DNA of 64,000 bases, taken from the NCBI GenBank assembly GCA_963817895.1, contig CAWFQB010000014.1, forward strand, positions 64,001 to 128,000. Reading direction: 5' to 3'. Below are positions 47,148 through 57,292 of this stretch, piece after piece. Numbering within the stretch: position 1 is the stretch's first letter; every line of letters starts with the position of its first letter. This stretch comes from an uncultured Chthonomonadaceae bacterium (GTDB lineage: Bacteria > Armatimonadota > Chthonomonadetes > Chthonomonadales > Chthonomonadaceae). Both the position numbers and the translations under genes were made by a program. Under the pieces are notes generated by a model. It saw only the letters and a program-made list of their open reading frames with translations, made no database searches and was not told the DNA's origin.

Positions 47148-47184
47148 CAACGCCGATAGAACGACGAAAAGCCATACAGGAAAA

Positions 47185-47226
47185 CCGCCATGCGTTACCG
47201 AACAGGAGCGCATGGCGGATTTGTTT
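47185..47226 (+). terminator. Putative intrinsic terminator after mnmG
   Basis: Stem CCGCCATGCG / CGCATGGCGG followed by ATTTGTTT. Confidence 0.55.
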
Positions 47227-47276
47227 CCGGTTTATGGGATGCGCGATGAGTTGTCGGAATAGCAGGGGGCTAAAGA

Positions 47277-47687
47277 TTGAAAAAACCGGTTGTGACAAAG
47301 GAGAAAACAGTGTCTGATTCCACAGAAGTAGAAACGTTCGAGTGTCGGCACATGGCGAAAGCCAAATTTCATGATGTCAATCTGGGCGGCGCGTCCTTCG
47401 ACAATGTGACGCTGGCAGGCGCGATTTTCCACGACATCAACTTCAGCGATGTGTCGTTTTCCGCCGCGCAAATGGGCGGCACAACATTCCGACACATAGG
47501 CCTGCCGCGTGGCGAGGACGGCGTTCAGCGCGGAGTGGCCTTTGAAAGCGCGGAACTGATCGGCTCGGCGTTTGTGGATTGCAATCTGCGCGACGTGAAG
47601 ATTGAAAACTGCGAGATTGCCGGCATGACCATTGACGGCATTGTGGTGGCCGATCTGCTTGCCGCCTACAAAAACCGCGAGTTGTAA
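47277..47687 (+). CDS. Pentapeptide-repeat protein
   Basis: A-x-F-x-x repeats (AKFHD VNLGG ASFDN VTLAG AIFHD) and C-terminal GMTIDGI. Start probably at the GTG at 47310. Confidence 0.8.
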   Translation: MKKPVVTKEKTVSDSTEVETFECRHMAKAKFHDVNLGGASFDNVTLAGAIFHDINFSDVSFSAAQMGGTTFRHIGLPRGEDGVQRGVAFESAELIGSAFVDCNLRDVKIENCEIAGMTIDGIVVADLLAAYKNREL

Positions 47688-47789
47688 TATAGCAGCCACA
47701 CTGTTCGGAGAGGATTGCAGGGGCGTGATTCATCACGCCCGCCATTTAGCATATCATGACAGATATTTGCCTGTACTATCCTCGCGTCG

Positions 47790-48635
47790 CTATATCTGAA
47801 ACAGTTCCGCATCGCGCTGAAGATGGCCGCGTAGCCGCAGCATGGCCTGCGTGTGTAACTGATAAACGCGCGACGTGGAAATGGTTAAAATGTTTCCTAT
47901 CTCATGAAACGTCAAGCCCTCGTAATAGTACAGGGCTATAATTTGCCGCTCACGATCCGGCAGGCGATCAATCGCTTCGGCCAGCAATCGCTGTCGTTCG
48001 CGCAACTCGGCTGCTAACGTGGGAGTGATGCCGTCGTCGTAAATTACTTCGGATCGCTGCCGGTTTTCGTCGCTCTCCCCGCCCGTCAGCACATCTTCCA
48101 GCGACACGAAGTAGGTTCGCCCCGCATCAAATAGCAGCTTTTGAAACTCTTCCGGGCTGATATTCATTGCCGCCGCTATCTCGTCATCACTCGCCGGACG
48201 ACCCAGTTCCATTTCCAGTTGCCTGTACGTCCATTGAAGCTGTCCAATACGTCCGCGCCTACTGCGGGGAACCCAATCCTCTTCGCGCAACATTTCCAAT
48301 ATAGCGCCGCGAATTAGACCAATGGCGTAGGTCTCAAATTTTACCTGACGGGATGAGTCGTACCGATCTACGGCTTTGATCAGGCCCGAGATGCCTGCGC
48401 TCACAAGGTCGTCGTGTTCCAGAGAGGGAGGCAAAGCGCCAATCACGCGCCCTGCCGTTATTTTCACGAGATAAGCGTAACGCTCGATGAACTTGTCGCG
48501 CGTCTTCCTGTCGACGCTAGGAAAATAAGAGGGCGGGTTATCCACCGTATAGGTCGGTATTAACTCCAATGGTTCAATTCCCGGGTGGCGCGCTTCCTCA
48601 GTCCACTCCGGCAACTCTGTCAAAGATTTATCCAT
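47790..48635 (-). CDS. FliA/WhiG-family sigma factor (sigma-28-like)
   Basis: DDLVSAG, KFETYA..IRGAILEMLREEDWVPRS, LGRP.SD.EIA, LYYYEGLT..EIG..L..S.SRVYQLH. Confidence 0.9.
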   Translation of the reverse strand: MDKSLTELPEWTEEARHPGIEPLELIPTYTVDNPPSYFPSVDRKTRDKFIERYAYLVKITAGRVIGALPPSLEHDDLVSAGISGLIKAVDRYDSSRQVKFETYAIGLIRGAILEMLREEDWVPRSRRGRIGQLQWTYRQLEMELGRPASDDEIAAAMNISPEEFQKLLFDAGRTYFVSLEDVLTGGESDENRQRSEVIYDDGITPTLAAELRERQRLLAEAIDRLPDRERQIIALYYYEGLTFHEIGNILTISTSRVYQLHTQAMLRLRGHLQRDAELFQI

Positions 48636-49006
48636 TCCGGTTCTCCTCGTCAGTGGTCTTCATAAGATATAGAACAATTCGCCTACTTCTAACTACCTCA
48701 TATTAGTTATACCGGTATAATTGCTTGAACTGTACGTCACCATTGGATCTTTTTGAAAGTATTTTCAGATATTTTTGAATAATGTCCTAAAACAAGAAAG
48801 AGGAGCGATATGGAGGTAATGACAAATGTTTGTCAAATTCGTTCACTTTAGCCGCAGTAATTTCTGTCTTTATCGCTTGCGCTTTGTTGTTCGATAGAAT
48901 AGGGGCAACACGTTCCTGGTTGAAACTTTGTCCGCGCTGCCACTGTCAGCGAATATGGAAATTCAGTATTAGAAGCCGTGTGCAATATAGAGTTGGAAGC
49001 AAGGCA

Positions 49007-50704
49007 ATGGGCAAGCGAAGCAGCAAACAAAAACTATACGTGACTTCAACAACCGGACTGTCGCAGTCCCTGTACAAACGTCATCTGGCGGCATTGGGTC
49101 TGACGGATACGGCGGCCTACCGAACATGGTGTCTGGAACACGGCTTCGGGCAGGGACGCAATAAGAGTTGGAAACGGCGGCAGGAGGAACGACGTTGCGC
49201 GCAAAAAGCCGAGCAACGGGAGGGTCTGCTTTGCATCCTAAATCGCCACATTCGCCATCTTGGCATGGAAACGATTGGGGAGTATGAGGATTGGTGTAAA
49301 TCGCATGGGGTCAGCGTAACCGGCAATAAAACCGCATCGCGTCGCAGGCAAGAGGCGGCTATCGCGCAGCATGAGCGGGCGGATGCAACCCTGCAAGTTC
49401 TGCGGCCTGAACAGCGCGGTTTCGATTACTGGCTGACGGCGATCTTTGAAGATACCGTAGAGCAGAATCTGCTGCCCACGCTGATTTTGCAGCTGATATA
49501 CAGCGTGGTTCGGGCGGAGAATAACCTGCAAACACGCAAAATACTGCGTCGCTTTCTCAGCGCAATTGGCGCAAAGAGCCGTCTGCTGCAAACGGAAGGC
49601 GGCTTGCCATCGCTGCCGGAGGATTGGCACAATACCTATGTGTACGCTCTCTCCGCGCTTGCTCGCTGCCATTCCCAATGGCTTCGCTGCGTGGAGGATT
49701 GGCAGGTGAAGGGACATACCTGTCGGGCGCAGTTCCACAGCCTTGCGCGGCATCTGCTGGCGGAATACGACGTTCCCGCGTTCATGGACCGGGCATGGTT
49801 CGAGGCCGAGCGGGAATTGGCGGAAGGGCATCAACAATGGTTCATAGCCATCGGCAAGGGGCGAAGCGTTCGCGCGCTGAACTTGCCCATTGAACTGACG
49901 CGACTGGCCTCACACTATTTTCTGAAAGCGCCCGCCGATTATAGTTTTGAAGCCGCGATGCGCTGGGGACAGGCGCGCTGGGCAGGCGGGAACGAGCGAC
50001 TGGCGCGGGCAGTGGCGAGTTCGCTGCTGCGCGATATTCAGGCGGACGAGCCATTCTGGAATGAGGTTGTTCTCTGGTTTGTCAACCACACGGAATTGCC
50101 AACCCATCAGGTTGGCCCGATTGCCGATTATATCTTCAACGTGAAATTCATGCCGCGTACAGAGTGGCTGCCGAACGGTGATCTGGAAGAATTGCTGCCA
50201 CTCGAACCGGATTTTACAATGAAAGGTCGAACGCCCGCCGCATTGTTGCGCAAAATGGAGGAGTGGCATCTCGCATTGGCGCGGGAAAACAAGCGTCCGG
50301 CAAAAGTGTGGAACCCGCTGGAAGTCATGCCGTTTGCCGCTGAACAGGCGTCGCCGGAACAGGACGCCATCTGGCAGTGGACGATTCGCGAACTGGTCAG
50401 CGATCAGGAACTTACGGCGGAAGGCCGCGCCATGAGCAACTGTGTCGCCAGTTATGTGGATTCGTGCGTAACGGGCAAAAGCAGCATCTGGTCGCTGCGT
50501 CTGGAAACCCCGGAATGGCCGGAAGCGCGGCGCATTATGACTATAGAAGTGGACCCGGAAACGAAAACGATTGTGCAGGCGCGGGGCAAGTGCAACGTCG
50601 TACCCGGTTCCAAATCCTGCCCGAAGCGTCTGAAACTCGCGCCCAATCTGCTCCGGCAGTGGGCCGCGCGCTCCGGCCTGCGCCTTGACCCGGATGCGTG
50701 GTAA
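49007..50704 (+). CDS. PcfJ-like domain protein
   Basis: C-terminal EL.AEGRAMSNCVASY...SIWSLR...TIEV...IVQARGKCN. ATG at 49007 preferred over 48830. Confidence 0.78.
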   Translation: MGKRSSKQKLYVTSTTGLSQSLYKRHLAALGLTDTAAYRTWCLEHGFGQGRNKSWKRRQEERRCAQKAEQREGLLCILNRHIRHLGMETIGEYEDWCKSHGVSVTGNKTASRRRQEAAIAQHERADATLQVLRPEQRGFDYWLTAIFEDTVEQNLLPTLILQLIYSVVRAENNLQTRKILRRFLSAIGAKSRLLQTEGGLPSLPEDWHNTYVYALSALARCHSQWLRCVEDWQVKGHTCRAQFHSLARHLLAEYDVPAFMDRAWFEAERELAEGHQQWFIAIGKGRSVRALNLPIELTRLASHYFLKAPADYSFEAAMRWGQARWAGGNERLARAVASSLLRDIQADEPFWNEVVLWFVNHTELPTHQVGPIADYIFNVKFMPRTEWLPNGDLEELLPLEPDFTMKGRTPAALLRKMEEWHLALARENKRPAKVWNPLEVMPFAAEQASPEQDAIWQWTIRELVSDQELTAEGRAMSNCVASYVDSCVTGKSSIWSLRLETPEWPEARRIMTIEVDPETKTIVQARGKCNVVPGSKSCPKRLKLAPNLLRQWAARSGLRLDPDAW

Positions 50705-50710
50705 ATGCTT

Positions 50711-50878
50711 TAGACAGGATTAACAGGATTTTCAGGATTGACAGGATTACTTTGCAGGTATCCAGAACACGGCTGATAATCTTATGTTGATATGCTATTT
50801 AGCGGACAACACCGAATTGTAGTTTGGTTTCTCTGGCAGAAATCCTGTTAATCCTGAAAATCCTGTTAATCCTGTCTA
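50711..50878. repeat. Palindromic element of ACAGGATT-type units
   Basis: Perfect 29-bp inverted repeat, 50711-50739 versus 50850-50878, between convergent genes. Confidence 0.9.
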
Positions 50879-51294
50879 TTTTCCTCTTGTGTGGGTGAGA
50901 AGAGGGCATAAAGGTTGTCCGGCAGGGCGCGGGGGCGTTTGTCGGGGCCGATAACGATCTGGTAGGTTTCCCCGGTGGCGAGAGTGGCCTCGCCCCGCGT
51001 AACCGTGTACCCCATGCGTAGGGTACGGCGTTTAGCGGCGATCACGTAGGTCGTTACCGTGATTTCCTCATCATAACGGGCAGGGGCAATGTACCGGCAA
51101 TGCGCTTCCACAATCGGCAGGAAATAGCCCTGCTGTTCCATTTGCGTGTAGTCCACGCCGCGCACCCGGCAAAACTCGCTTCGCGCCGCTTCAAACCAGA
51201 CAAGATAGTGCGCGTGATGCGCCACCTGCATCTGGTCCGTCTCGAAATAACGAACGCGGATAGTAATGGATGCGGAGTTGGAAATTTCTGGCAT
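50866..51294 (-). CDS. Acyl-CoA thioesterase (YbgC/4HBT family)
   Basis: RVRYFETDQMQVAHHAHYLVWFEAAR, Y.APARYDE. Confidence 0.88.
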   Translation of the reverse strand: MPEISNSASITIRVRYFETDQMQVAHHAHYLVWFEAARSEFCRVRGVDYTQMEQQGYFLPIVEAHCRYIAPARYDEEITVTTYVIAAKRRTLRMGYTVTRGEATLATGETYQIVIGPDKRPRALPDNLYALFSPTQEENRQD

Positions 51295-51361
51295 AATCTG
51301 CTCTCTTGAAGGCAAGTCGCAGCCTGCTTCTGCCTCTTTGTAATTCATTCAAAGTTGTTAC

Positions 51362-52291
51362 TCAATCCGTATGAAACCGGTTCCGGGCTTTCAATAGCAT
51401 GTTGCGCCATGTGTCGGCAGCTCTGCTGATGAAAGAGAATCTTTGTAAACGCGCTTCCCCGTTGGATGTGGAACCGCGCAGGAGTGTATCGCCATTGTCC
51501 TGTTGTGTGTTTTCGGAGGCCATGCGCAGCAGTTGGGCGCTTGCGGCGGGATCGGAAAACTGGCTGGCGCGTCCGAGGGACAGGTATTCTAAGACGCGCT
51601 TTGCGCCCTGACACACCTCCGGCGCTTCGGCGGGCGTGGATACGGCCAATTCGCACAGGCGGCGGGCGGTGGGGTAGCGGCGGGACGCGAAAAACCCCAT
51701 TGGGCGTTCGGCTTCCAGCATTTCCAGAACGTTCCAGACCTGCGCGGGAGATAGCAGGTTGTCGGAAAGCAGATAGCGGGCCACATCCAGATTTTGCTGA
51801 TAGTGCAGGCTTTTCAGCGTCAGCATCGCGCACTGCTGCGTTTTTGCGCTGCGATGGGAACTGAATTCCAGACATAACGGGCTTGCGGCAGACAATTGCA
51901 TGGCAATCAGCGCGGCTACGTAACGGTTAAGTTCGCGCGGCTTGTCCCGATGTGCCGCCTCCACGATTAGTTCAACAGCGCGTGTTGTTGTTTCCGCATG
52001 ATGTTTGCCTATTTGTCCGATAGCCCACGCCGCTTCGCCGCGCAGTCCCTCGCGTTTCTCTTTCAAGGTTTCCTGCAAGGGCTGAAGCGCGTCAGGGTGG
52101 TGTAGGTTCCCCAACGCGAACACGGCGGCCTTGCGAACGTAAATATCCTCATCGCGCAGGGCAAGGCACAGTGGCTGCACGGCGCGTACATCCCCCTTTT
52201 CACCCAGTTTACGCGCCGCCCGCCGCCGAACCTCCACATCCGCGCGCGCTAACTCCCCGATGCGTTTGGAGATAGTGTTATACTTTGCCAT
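51362..52291 (-). CDS. HEAT/PBS-lyase repeat protein
   Basis: VRRRAARKLG, VRKAAVFALG, LRGEAAWAIG. Confidence 0.8.
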   Translation of the reverse strand: MAKYNTISKRIGELARADVEVRRRAARKLGEKGDVRAVQPLCLALRDEDIYVRKAAVFALGNLHHPDALQPLQETLKEKREGLRGEAAWAIGQIGKHHAETTTRAVELIVEAAHRDKPRELNRYVAALIAMQLSAASPLCLEFSSHRSAKTQQCAMLTLKSLHYQQNLDVARYLLSDNLLSPAQVWNVLEMLEAERPMGFFASRRYPTARRLCELAVSTPAEAPEVCQGAKRVLEYLSLGRASQFSDPAASAQLLRMASENTQQDNGDTLLRGSTSNGEARLQRFSFISRAADTWRNMLLKARNRFHTD

Positions 52292-53735
52292 GTGGTTTCC
52301 ATATGTGCCAGAGTTCGCGGATACCGTAAGCGGTCAAAATCAGCAAAATGGGATACAAAGGCATGGAGTAGCGGGCAAAGGAGAGGAATACCGCGTATAT
52401 AATGTTGAAATAAAGGATGGTACACACGATGACGAACACGCCCGGATGCGCGGCGCGGGCGCGTAGCCAGCCGAACAGAGCGAAACTCAGCGTCACCAAT
52501 GCGATTGCGCCCACAAGCAGCGATTTTGTCCGGGTTTCCACGATGTACCAGAAGGTCGCCAGTTGGATGATGAATTTGCGGACGAAGCGGCCCGGTTGTT
52601 GAGTCAGGCCGCGCTTCATCTCCGCGCTCTCGATGGCCTCCTTACGCAATTCGTAATCTACATACGTCAGAGCGGGAATAGCGGGATCGGGGGTTCCGCT
52701 CCGCTCCATAGCCGCGTAATCCAGCCCATGCGGTTTTATCAGGTCGGCCTCGTAACCGCTGGCTTCCTGTTCCCATGACAGGCGCGTCGGATCGGACCCG
52801 CCAAAATCCTGCCGCAATAGATAAAACTTCGGCTGTACATTGTAATACCCGCGCAGGAACTCGGCTGGCCCGTTGCTGTTGATGTTAATAAACCGTCCTG
52901 ACGATACGCGGTAGTTACGAACGGCCCAGGGCAGCAGGCACAGGGCATAAACCACCATCACCAGCAAAGTGGATGTTCGGAATGATAACTGTTGAGGAGG
53001 ACTTAACCCCTTTTCTGAGGAATTCTGAACTTGTGCCTTCCTGGAACTCTCACGAGTGACCATATAGGCCATCACCGCAAGGAATACCAGTGGATACAGC
53101 AGCGTGACGGATTTTGTCAGGGTTGCCAGAGCGCAGGTCAGGGCAAACAGGATGCAGTTGCGTGGGGTTGGACGCTGATAGAGGTTGTATCCGGTGAGCG
53201 CCATCAGGGTTATCAGCAGCGACATCAGTGTTTCCACTTCTACCGAGCCGACGTAGCGCATCACCATTGGGCTGACAACACACAACGCGCCCGCAAGCAG
53301 ACCGACGCGCGGGCTGAAAAGTTTGCGCCCCAGTGTCCAGACGGCAAGGCAGTTACAGCCGACAAGCAGGCATTGCGCCACCAGTACAGGGCGGTAGAAG
53401 AGGCGTTCCGGTAAATTCGGGTCCGGGTTGTGCTGAAACAAGCGCAGCAACAGGGCAACAAAGTAGGGGTAGAGGGGCGCGCGGCGCAGGGTGGGGCCAC
53501 TGCCCTGCGAAAAGCCTTCGCCCCGGAAAATGTACCGGGCTAATCCCCCGTAGCCGTTGACATCCAGATTGGCCTCGATCATGCCCTGCCGGGGATAAAT
53601 GACGAACGCGAACAGCGCGGCAACGGCGCACCCGGCCAGAAACACGCCCAACCCAACCCATTGAAACGATTTTGGATTGGCGGAATCATCGGGAGAAGCA
53701 TTCGGGTGAGACAGCAATGTTGAGTTTGTAGTCAC
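52278..53735 (-). CDS. GT-C fold (ArnT/PMT, GT39-like) membrane glycosyltransferase
   Basis: Multiple TM helices, R.PLYP, ETL, PWAVRNY, ARYSMP. Confidence 0.75.
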   Translation of the reverse strand: MTTNSTLLSHPNASPDDSANPKSFQWVGLGVFLAGCAVAALFAFVIYPRQGMIEANLDVNGYGGLARYIFRGEGFSQGSGPTLRRAPLYPYFVALLLRLFQHNPDPNLPERLFYRPVLVAQCLLVGCNCLAVWTLGRKLFSPRVGLLAGALCVVSPMVMRYVGSVEVETLMSLLITLMALTGYNLYQRPTPRNCILFALTCALATLTKSVTLLYPLVFLAVMAYMVTRESSRKAQVQNSSEKGLSPPQQLSFRTSTLLVMVVYALCLLPWAVRNYRVSSGRFININSNGPAEFLRGYYNVQPKFYLLRQDFGGSDPTRLSWEQEASGYEADLIKPHGLDYAAMERSGTPDPAIPALTYVDYELRKEAIESAEMKRGLTQQPGRFVRKFIIQLATFWYIVETRTKSLLVGAIALVTLSFALFGWLRARAAHPGVFVIVCTILYFNIIYAVFLSFARYSMPLYPILLILTAYGIRELWHIWKPHGKV

Positions 53736-54015
53736 AGGCTTTTCCTGAACAGCGCGTAAGTTTACCGATAATACAAGGCAATCCTCATCAACCGTATCTT
53801 ACCCTATGCGCGTGAAGAGTACAAGCCGTTATTGTTCCTGTGCTGGCGCAAAGCAGGGACTGCTCTAAAGAATAGGCAGCCTGTGGACAGGCGTATTGTC
53901 ATTCAAGAAACTTCTCTCAGAAGCAGCGCGTAGAAAACGTTAATTCTACGCTGTGATAGCATGTATTGACAACCGAACTTATCAAGGGATGTTCCCTTTT
54001 TGCAAGGAGATGTGA

Positions 54016-55833
54016 ATGCGACGAGACCGTGACCGTGATCGCCGCCCGGGCGATGATTTTGGGGGCGAAAACATCAACTCTGATAAGAACCGTTTTGAGG
54101 GCGGGGAGGAGCCGGACGACGCGCCGGAAATGCAACTACGCGCTTTATGGCTTCTGGATGAAGTGATCCGTATGACGCCGCGCAGCGATGTTCGGCTGGG
54201 CTATTTGACCACCCTGCGCGAACAGATTGAAACTGACGAAGCGATGATGGACGAGGCCAAAAAGGTCATCGCGGAGTTTGAAGAGGCGTATACCAAACTG
54301 ACCGCGCCCGCCAACCGCATTGGCGTGTATCTTGGCGAGGTCGCGCCAGAAGACAAGCCGCGCCCACGCCGCCGTTTCGGACGGCAGGAAGCGGAGCCGG
54401 AAGCCAACAACGAAAAGCATGTGCGTATCGCGCTTGGCGATCAGGAATATATCGCCAACGTGGACCCCAAACTGGAAAACCCCTGCTTCAAAGTCGGCAC
54501 ACAGGTAAAAGTGAACGAAGCGTTCGCGGTTATCGGCGATCTTGGCTATGCGCAGGGTGGGCCAATTGTAAAAATCAGCGAAGCATTGGAAGACGGACGT
54601 TTGCGCGTTTCCATGGACTCGCAGGGGATGCAGTCGCGTATCGTGTATCGGGGCGAGGGGCTGCTGAACGAGAACCTGAAAGCTGGCGCGGAAGTCCGCA
54701 TGGAACCGAATTTCAAAGTGGCTCTGGAGCATTTTGCGGCCAAAGAAGCGCAGGACTATTTTCTGGAAGAGGTACCGGTTCTGCCCTGGAGCAAAATCGG
54801 CGGGCAGGAAGACGCGATCAGCGTTATCAAGGACGCCATTGAATTGCCCCTGCTGCACCCGGAACTGTTTGCCCGTTTCGGCAAGCGCCCGCTGAAAGGT
54901 ATACTGCTGTTCGGCCCTCCCGGCTGCGGCAAAACCCTTATCGGCAAGGCGACGGCTTACAATCTGACGCAGGAGTACCGCGAACGCACGGGGCAGGATG
55001 TCAAAGAATACTTTATGTATATCAATGGCCCGAAAATCCTGAACATGTGGCTTGGCGAATCCGAGCGGCAGGTGCGCGAGATTTTCGCGCAGGCGCGCGA
55101 AAAGTCCAAGGAGGGGCATCTGGTCTTTATCTTCATTGACGAGGCCGAGTCCCTGCTGCGAACCCGCTCGTCGGGGCGTTTTATGAACATTTCCAACACC
55201 ATTGTGCCGCAATTTTGCGCCGAAATGGACGGTCTTGTCAGCCTTGAAAATGTGGTCGTGATGCTCACGTCCAACCGCCCGGACTACATTGATCCGGCCA
55301 TTCTGCGCCCGGAGCGTATTGACCGCAAAGTGAAAATCGTGCGCCCGGATCGCCGCTCGTCCCGCGACATCTACAAAATCTATCTGTCGGACGTGCCGCT
55401 CGACCCGGATTTGCTACGCGAACACAAGGGCGATTGTACGGGCGCATTGGATGAACTGCTTGATCTGGTGACGGAATACACGTTCCGCCGCGACCCGGAA
55501 ACCGAGTTTCTGGAAGTGTTCATGCGCAACGCCAGCAGCGAAATTCTGTACTGGCGCGATCTGGTAAGCGGCGCGCTGCTCAAGTCGGTTGTGGAGCGGG
55601 CCAAAGACTTCGCCATCAAACGAAGCATTGAGAAGCGTTCCGAGGTTGAGGGCGTCAGCCTGCACGATCTACAGCAGGCGGTGCGCGTCGAATTCAAGGA
55701 GAACGAAATCTTCCCGAAAGGCGACAGCATCGAAGACTGGCTGAAACTGCTTGACTATGATCCGGAAAACGTCGCGACCATCAAGCCCATCCGCGCCAAA
55801 AAGCAGTTGAGCGGACGCACAAGCATCATTTAG
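54016..55833 (+). CDS. arc: Proteasome-associated AAA ATPase (ARC/Mpa family)
   Basis: N-terminal coiled coil and OB region, KIGG, IELP..HPELF, GPPGCGKT, IFIDE, NRPDYIDPAILRPERID, VSGA, ENE. Adjacent to dop, ubact and prc genes. Confidence 0.9.
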   Translation: MRRDRDRDRRPGDDFGGENINSDKNRFEGGEEPDDAPEMQLRALWLLDEVIRMTPRSDVRLGYLTTLREQIETDEAMMDEAKKVIAEFEEAYTKLTAPANRIGVYLGEVAPEDKPRPRRRFGRQEAEPEANNEKHVRIALGDQEYIANVDPKLENPCFKVGTQVKVNEAFAVIGDLGYAQGGPIVKISEALEDGRLRVSMDSQGMQSRIVYRGEGLLNENLKAGAEVRMEPNFKVALEHFAAKEAQDYFLEEVPVLPWSKIGGQEDAISVIKDAIELPLLHPELFARFGKRPLKGILLFGPPGCGKTLIGKATAYNLTQEYRERTGQDVKEYFMYINGPKILNMWLGESERQVREIFAQAREKSKEGHLVFIFIDEAESLLRTRSSGRFMNISNTIVPQFCAEMDGLVSLENVVVMLTSNRPDYIDPAILRPERIDRKVKIVRPDRRSSRDIYKIYLSDVPLDPDLLREHKGDCTGALDELLDLVTEYTFRRDPETEFLEVFMRNASSEILYWRDLVSGALLKSVVERAKDFAIKRSIEKRSEVEGVSLHDLQQAVRVEFKENEIFPKGDSIEDWLKLLDYDPENVATIKPIRAKKQLSGRTSII

Positions 55834-55962
55834 GGGAATACAGGAATAAAGGAATAAAGGAAGAACCTGCTTCCTTTATTCCTCTACCAATGCAGAATAC
55901 TTTGGTGGCTGCTCATACTTCCATATTCCTATATTCCCCTCTTCCTCTTTCTGGATACTCTC

Positions 55963-56766
55963 ATGGAAATGCTTGCGGACAAGGCGGCGATTGTTACCGG
56001 GTCGGGTGATGGAATTGGGCGGCGGATTGCGCTGGCGTTTGCGCAGGCCGGAGCGTCCGTTGTCGTTGTGGATATTAAGGAAGAGGGAATTGCGGAAACG
56101 TTGCGGCAGATTGAAGCTGGGGTTGGGCCGAATAAAGCCATTGGGCTGAATCGCGATATTGCTGATGTGGATAATATTGCCGGGATTGTCAGCGAGTGCG
56201 TGGAACGTTTTGGGCGGCTGGATTGTATCGTCAACAACGCGGCGGATCAGGCGCACAGGCCGCTTGCGGAGATGACGCCGGAGATTTTCGATCACGTTCA
56301 GGCGGTGAATGTCCGCGCCCCACTGTTGTTTGCGAAAGAGGGATTGCCGCATCTGCTGGCGCAGGCTGGAAGCAGTATCGTGAACATTGCCAGTGTGCGG
56401 GGGCAGGTTTCCATGCCGGGTGGACTGGCGTATGATACATCCAAAGCCGCCCTGCTTGGCCTGAACCGGACTCTGGCAGTGGAATTGGGATTGCAGGGTA
56501 TCCGCGTCAACGCCATCTGTCCGGGCCACATCATGAGTTTTGGCGAGGAAGTCTGGAAACAGCAGACGCCTCCCAATGTGCAGAAAGTAATGCCATTCCC
56601 CTATGCGCTCGGCAGAGTTGGCAAGCCGGAAGAGGTGGCGAACGTGGCCGTCTTTCTGGCTTCAGATGCCGCATCGTTCATCACCGGGCAGGCCATAAAT
56701 GTTGATGGTGGCCTGACCATCATGAACGCTGAAACCGCTATGTTCCGGGCTGAGAACATTCTGTGA
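55963..56766 (+). CDS. Short-chain dehydrogenase/reductase
   Basis: TGSGDGIG, NNA, YDTSK, VNAICPG, VDGG. Confidence 0.92.
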   Translation: MEMLADKAAIVTGSGDGIGRRIALAFAQAGASVVVVDIKEEGIAETLRQIEAGVGPNKAIGLNRDIADVDNIAGIVSECVERFGRLDCIVNNAADQAHRPLAEMTPEIFDHVQAVNVRAPLLFAKEGLPHLLAQAGSSIVNIASVRGQVSMPGGLAYDTSKAALLGLNRTLAVELGLQGIRVNAICPGHIMSFGEEVWKQQTPPNVQKVMPFPYALGRVGKPEEVANVAVFLASDAASFITGQAINVDGGLTIMNAETAMFRAENIL

Positions 56767-56794
56767 GCAATCTTGTCATTGTTAAAGAGCGATT

Positions 56795-57273
56795 ATGGCG
56801 GAGTACGATGATATTATCCATTTTCGAAAGGCAGGCTTGCAGCGACTCCGAGATGCTGAAGAACTTCTTCAACCCCCAAGCATCACGCCAAACGTTAGTG
56901 AAGCGAGTACGCGACATTTGCGTGGCGCGATGTATTTGGCTGGATACGGTATCGAATGTGTGTTGAAGGAGTACATCATTTCCCCTACGCCTCCCGCTCG
57001 TTCTCTTGGTAAAGCGTTGGAGATACGCGAGGCAAGTGGTAAAAGCGCCTTCGATCTGTATAGTTCTGCCGGGCATAATTTGACTGGCTTGCTGGCTTTG
57101 AAGATTTGGAACCGGCTGTGATCACGGATCAGAAATATAAGCGCCATTGGAGCGTTTGTCTGCGCTGGAAATCTACATGGCGGTATGACTCAGATATTCC
57201 AACGCGTGAACAAGCGCAAGAACTTGTTACTTCCGCCCGTGTTATGTATGAGTGGATCAAACAACGAGTGTAA
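56795..57273 (+). CDS. HEPN-domain protein (frameshift near 57100)
   Basis: RLRDAEEL, AMYLAGYGIECVLK, GHNL..L. The continuation frame reads W..CLRWKSTWRY...YEWIKQRV* with stop at 57271-57273. Confidence 0.65.
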
Positions 57274-57292
57274 CTGGCAAGAGGAGTCGGAA

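Noticed and set aside
47790..50704. Prophage or conjugative element around the PcfJ-like gene
   Set aside because: No integrase, structural, relaxase or T4SS genes and no att-like repeats are seen nearby.
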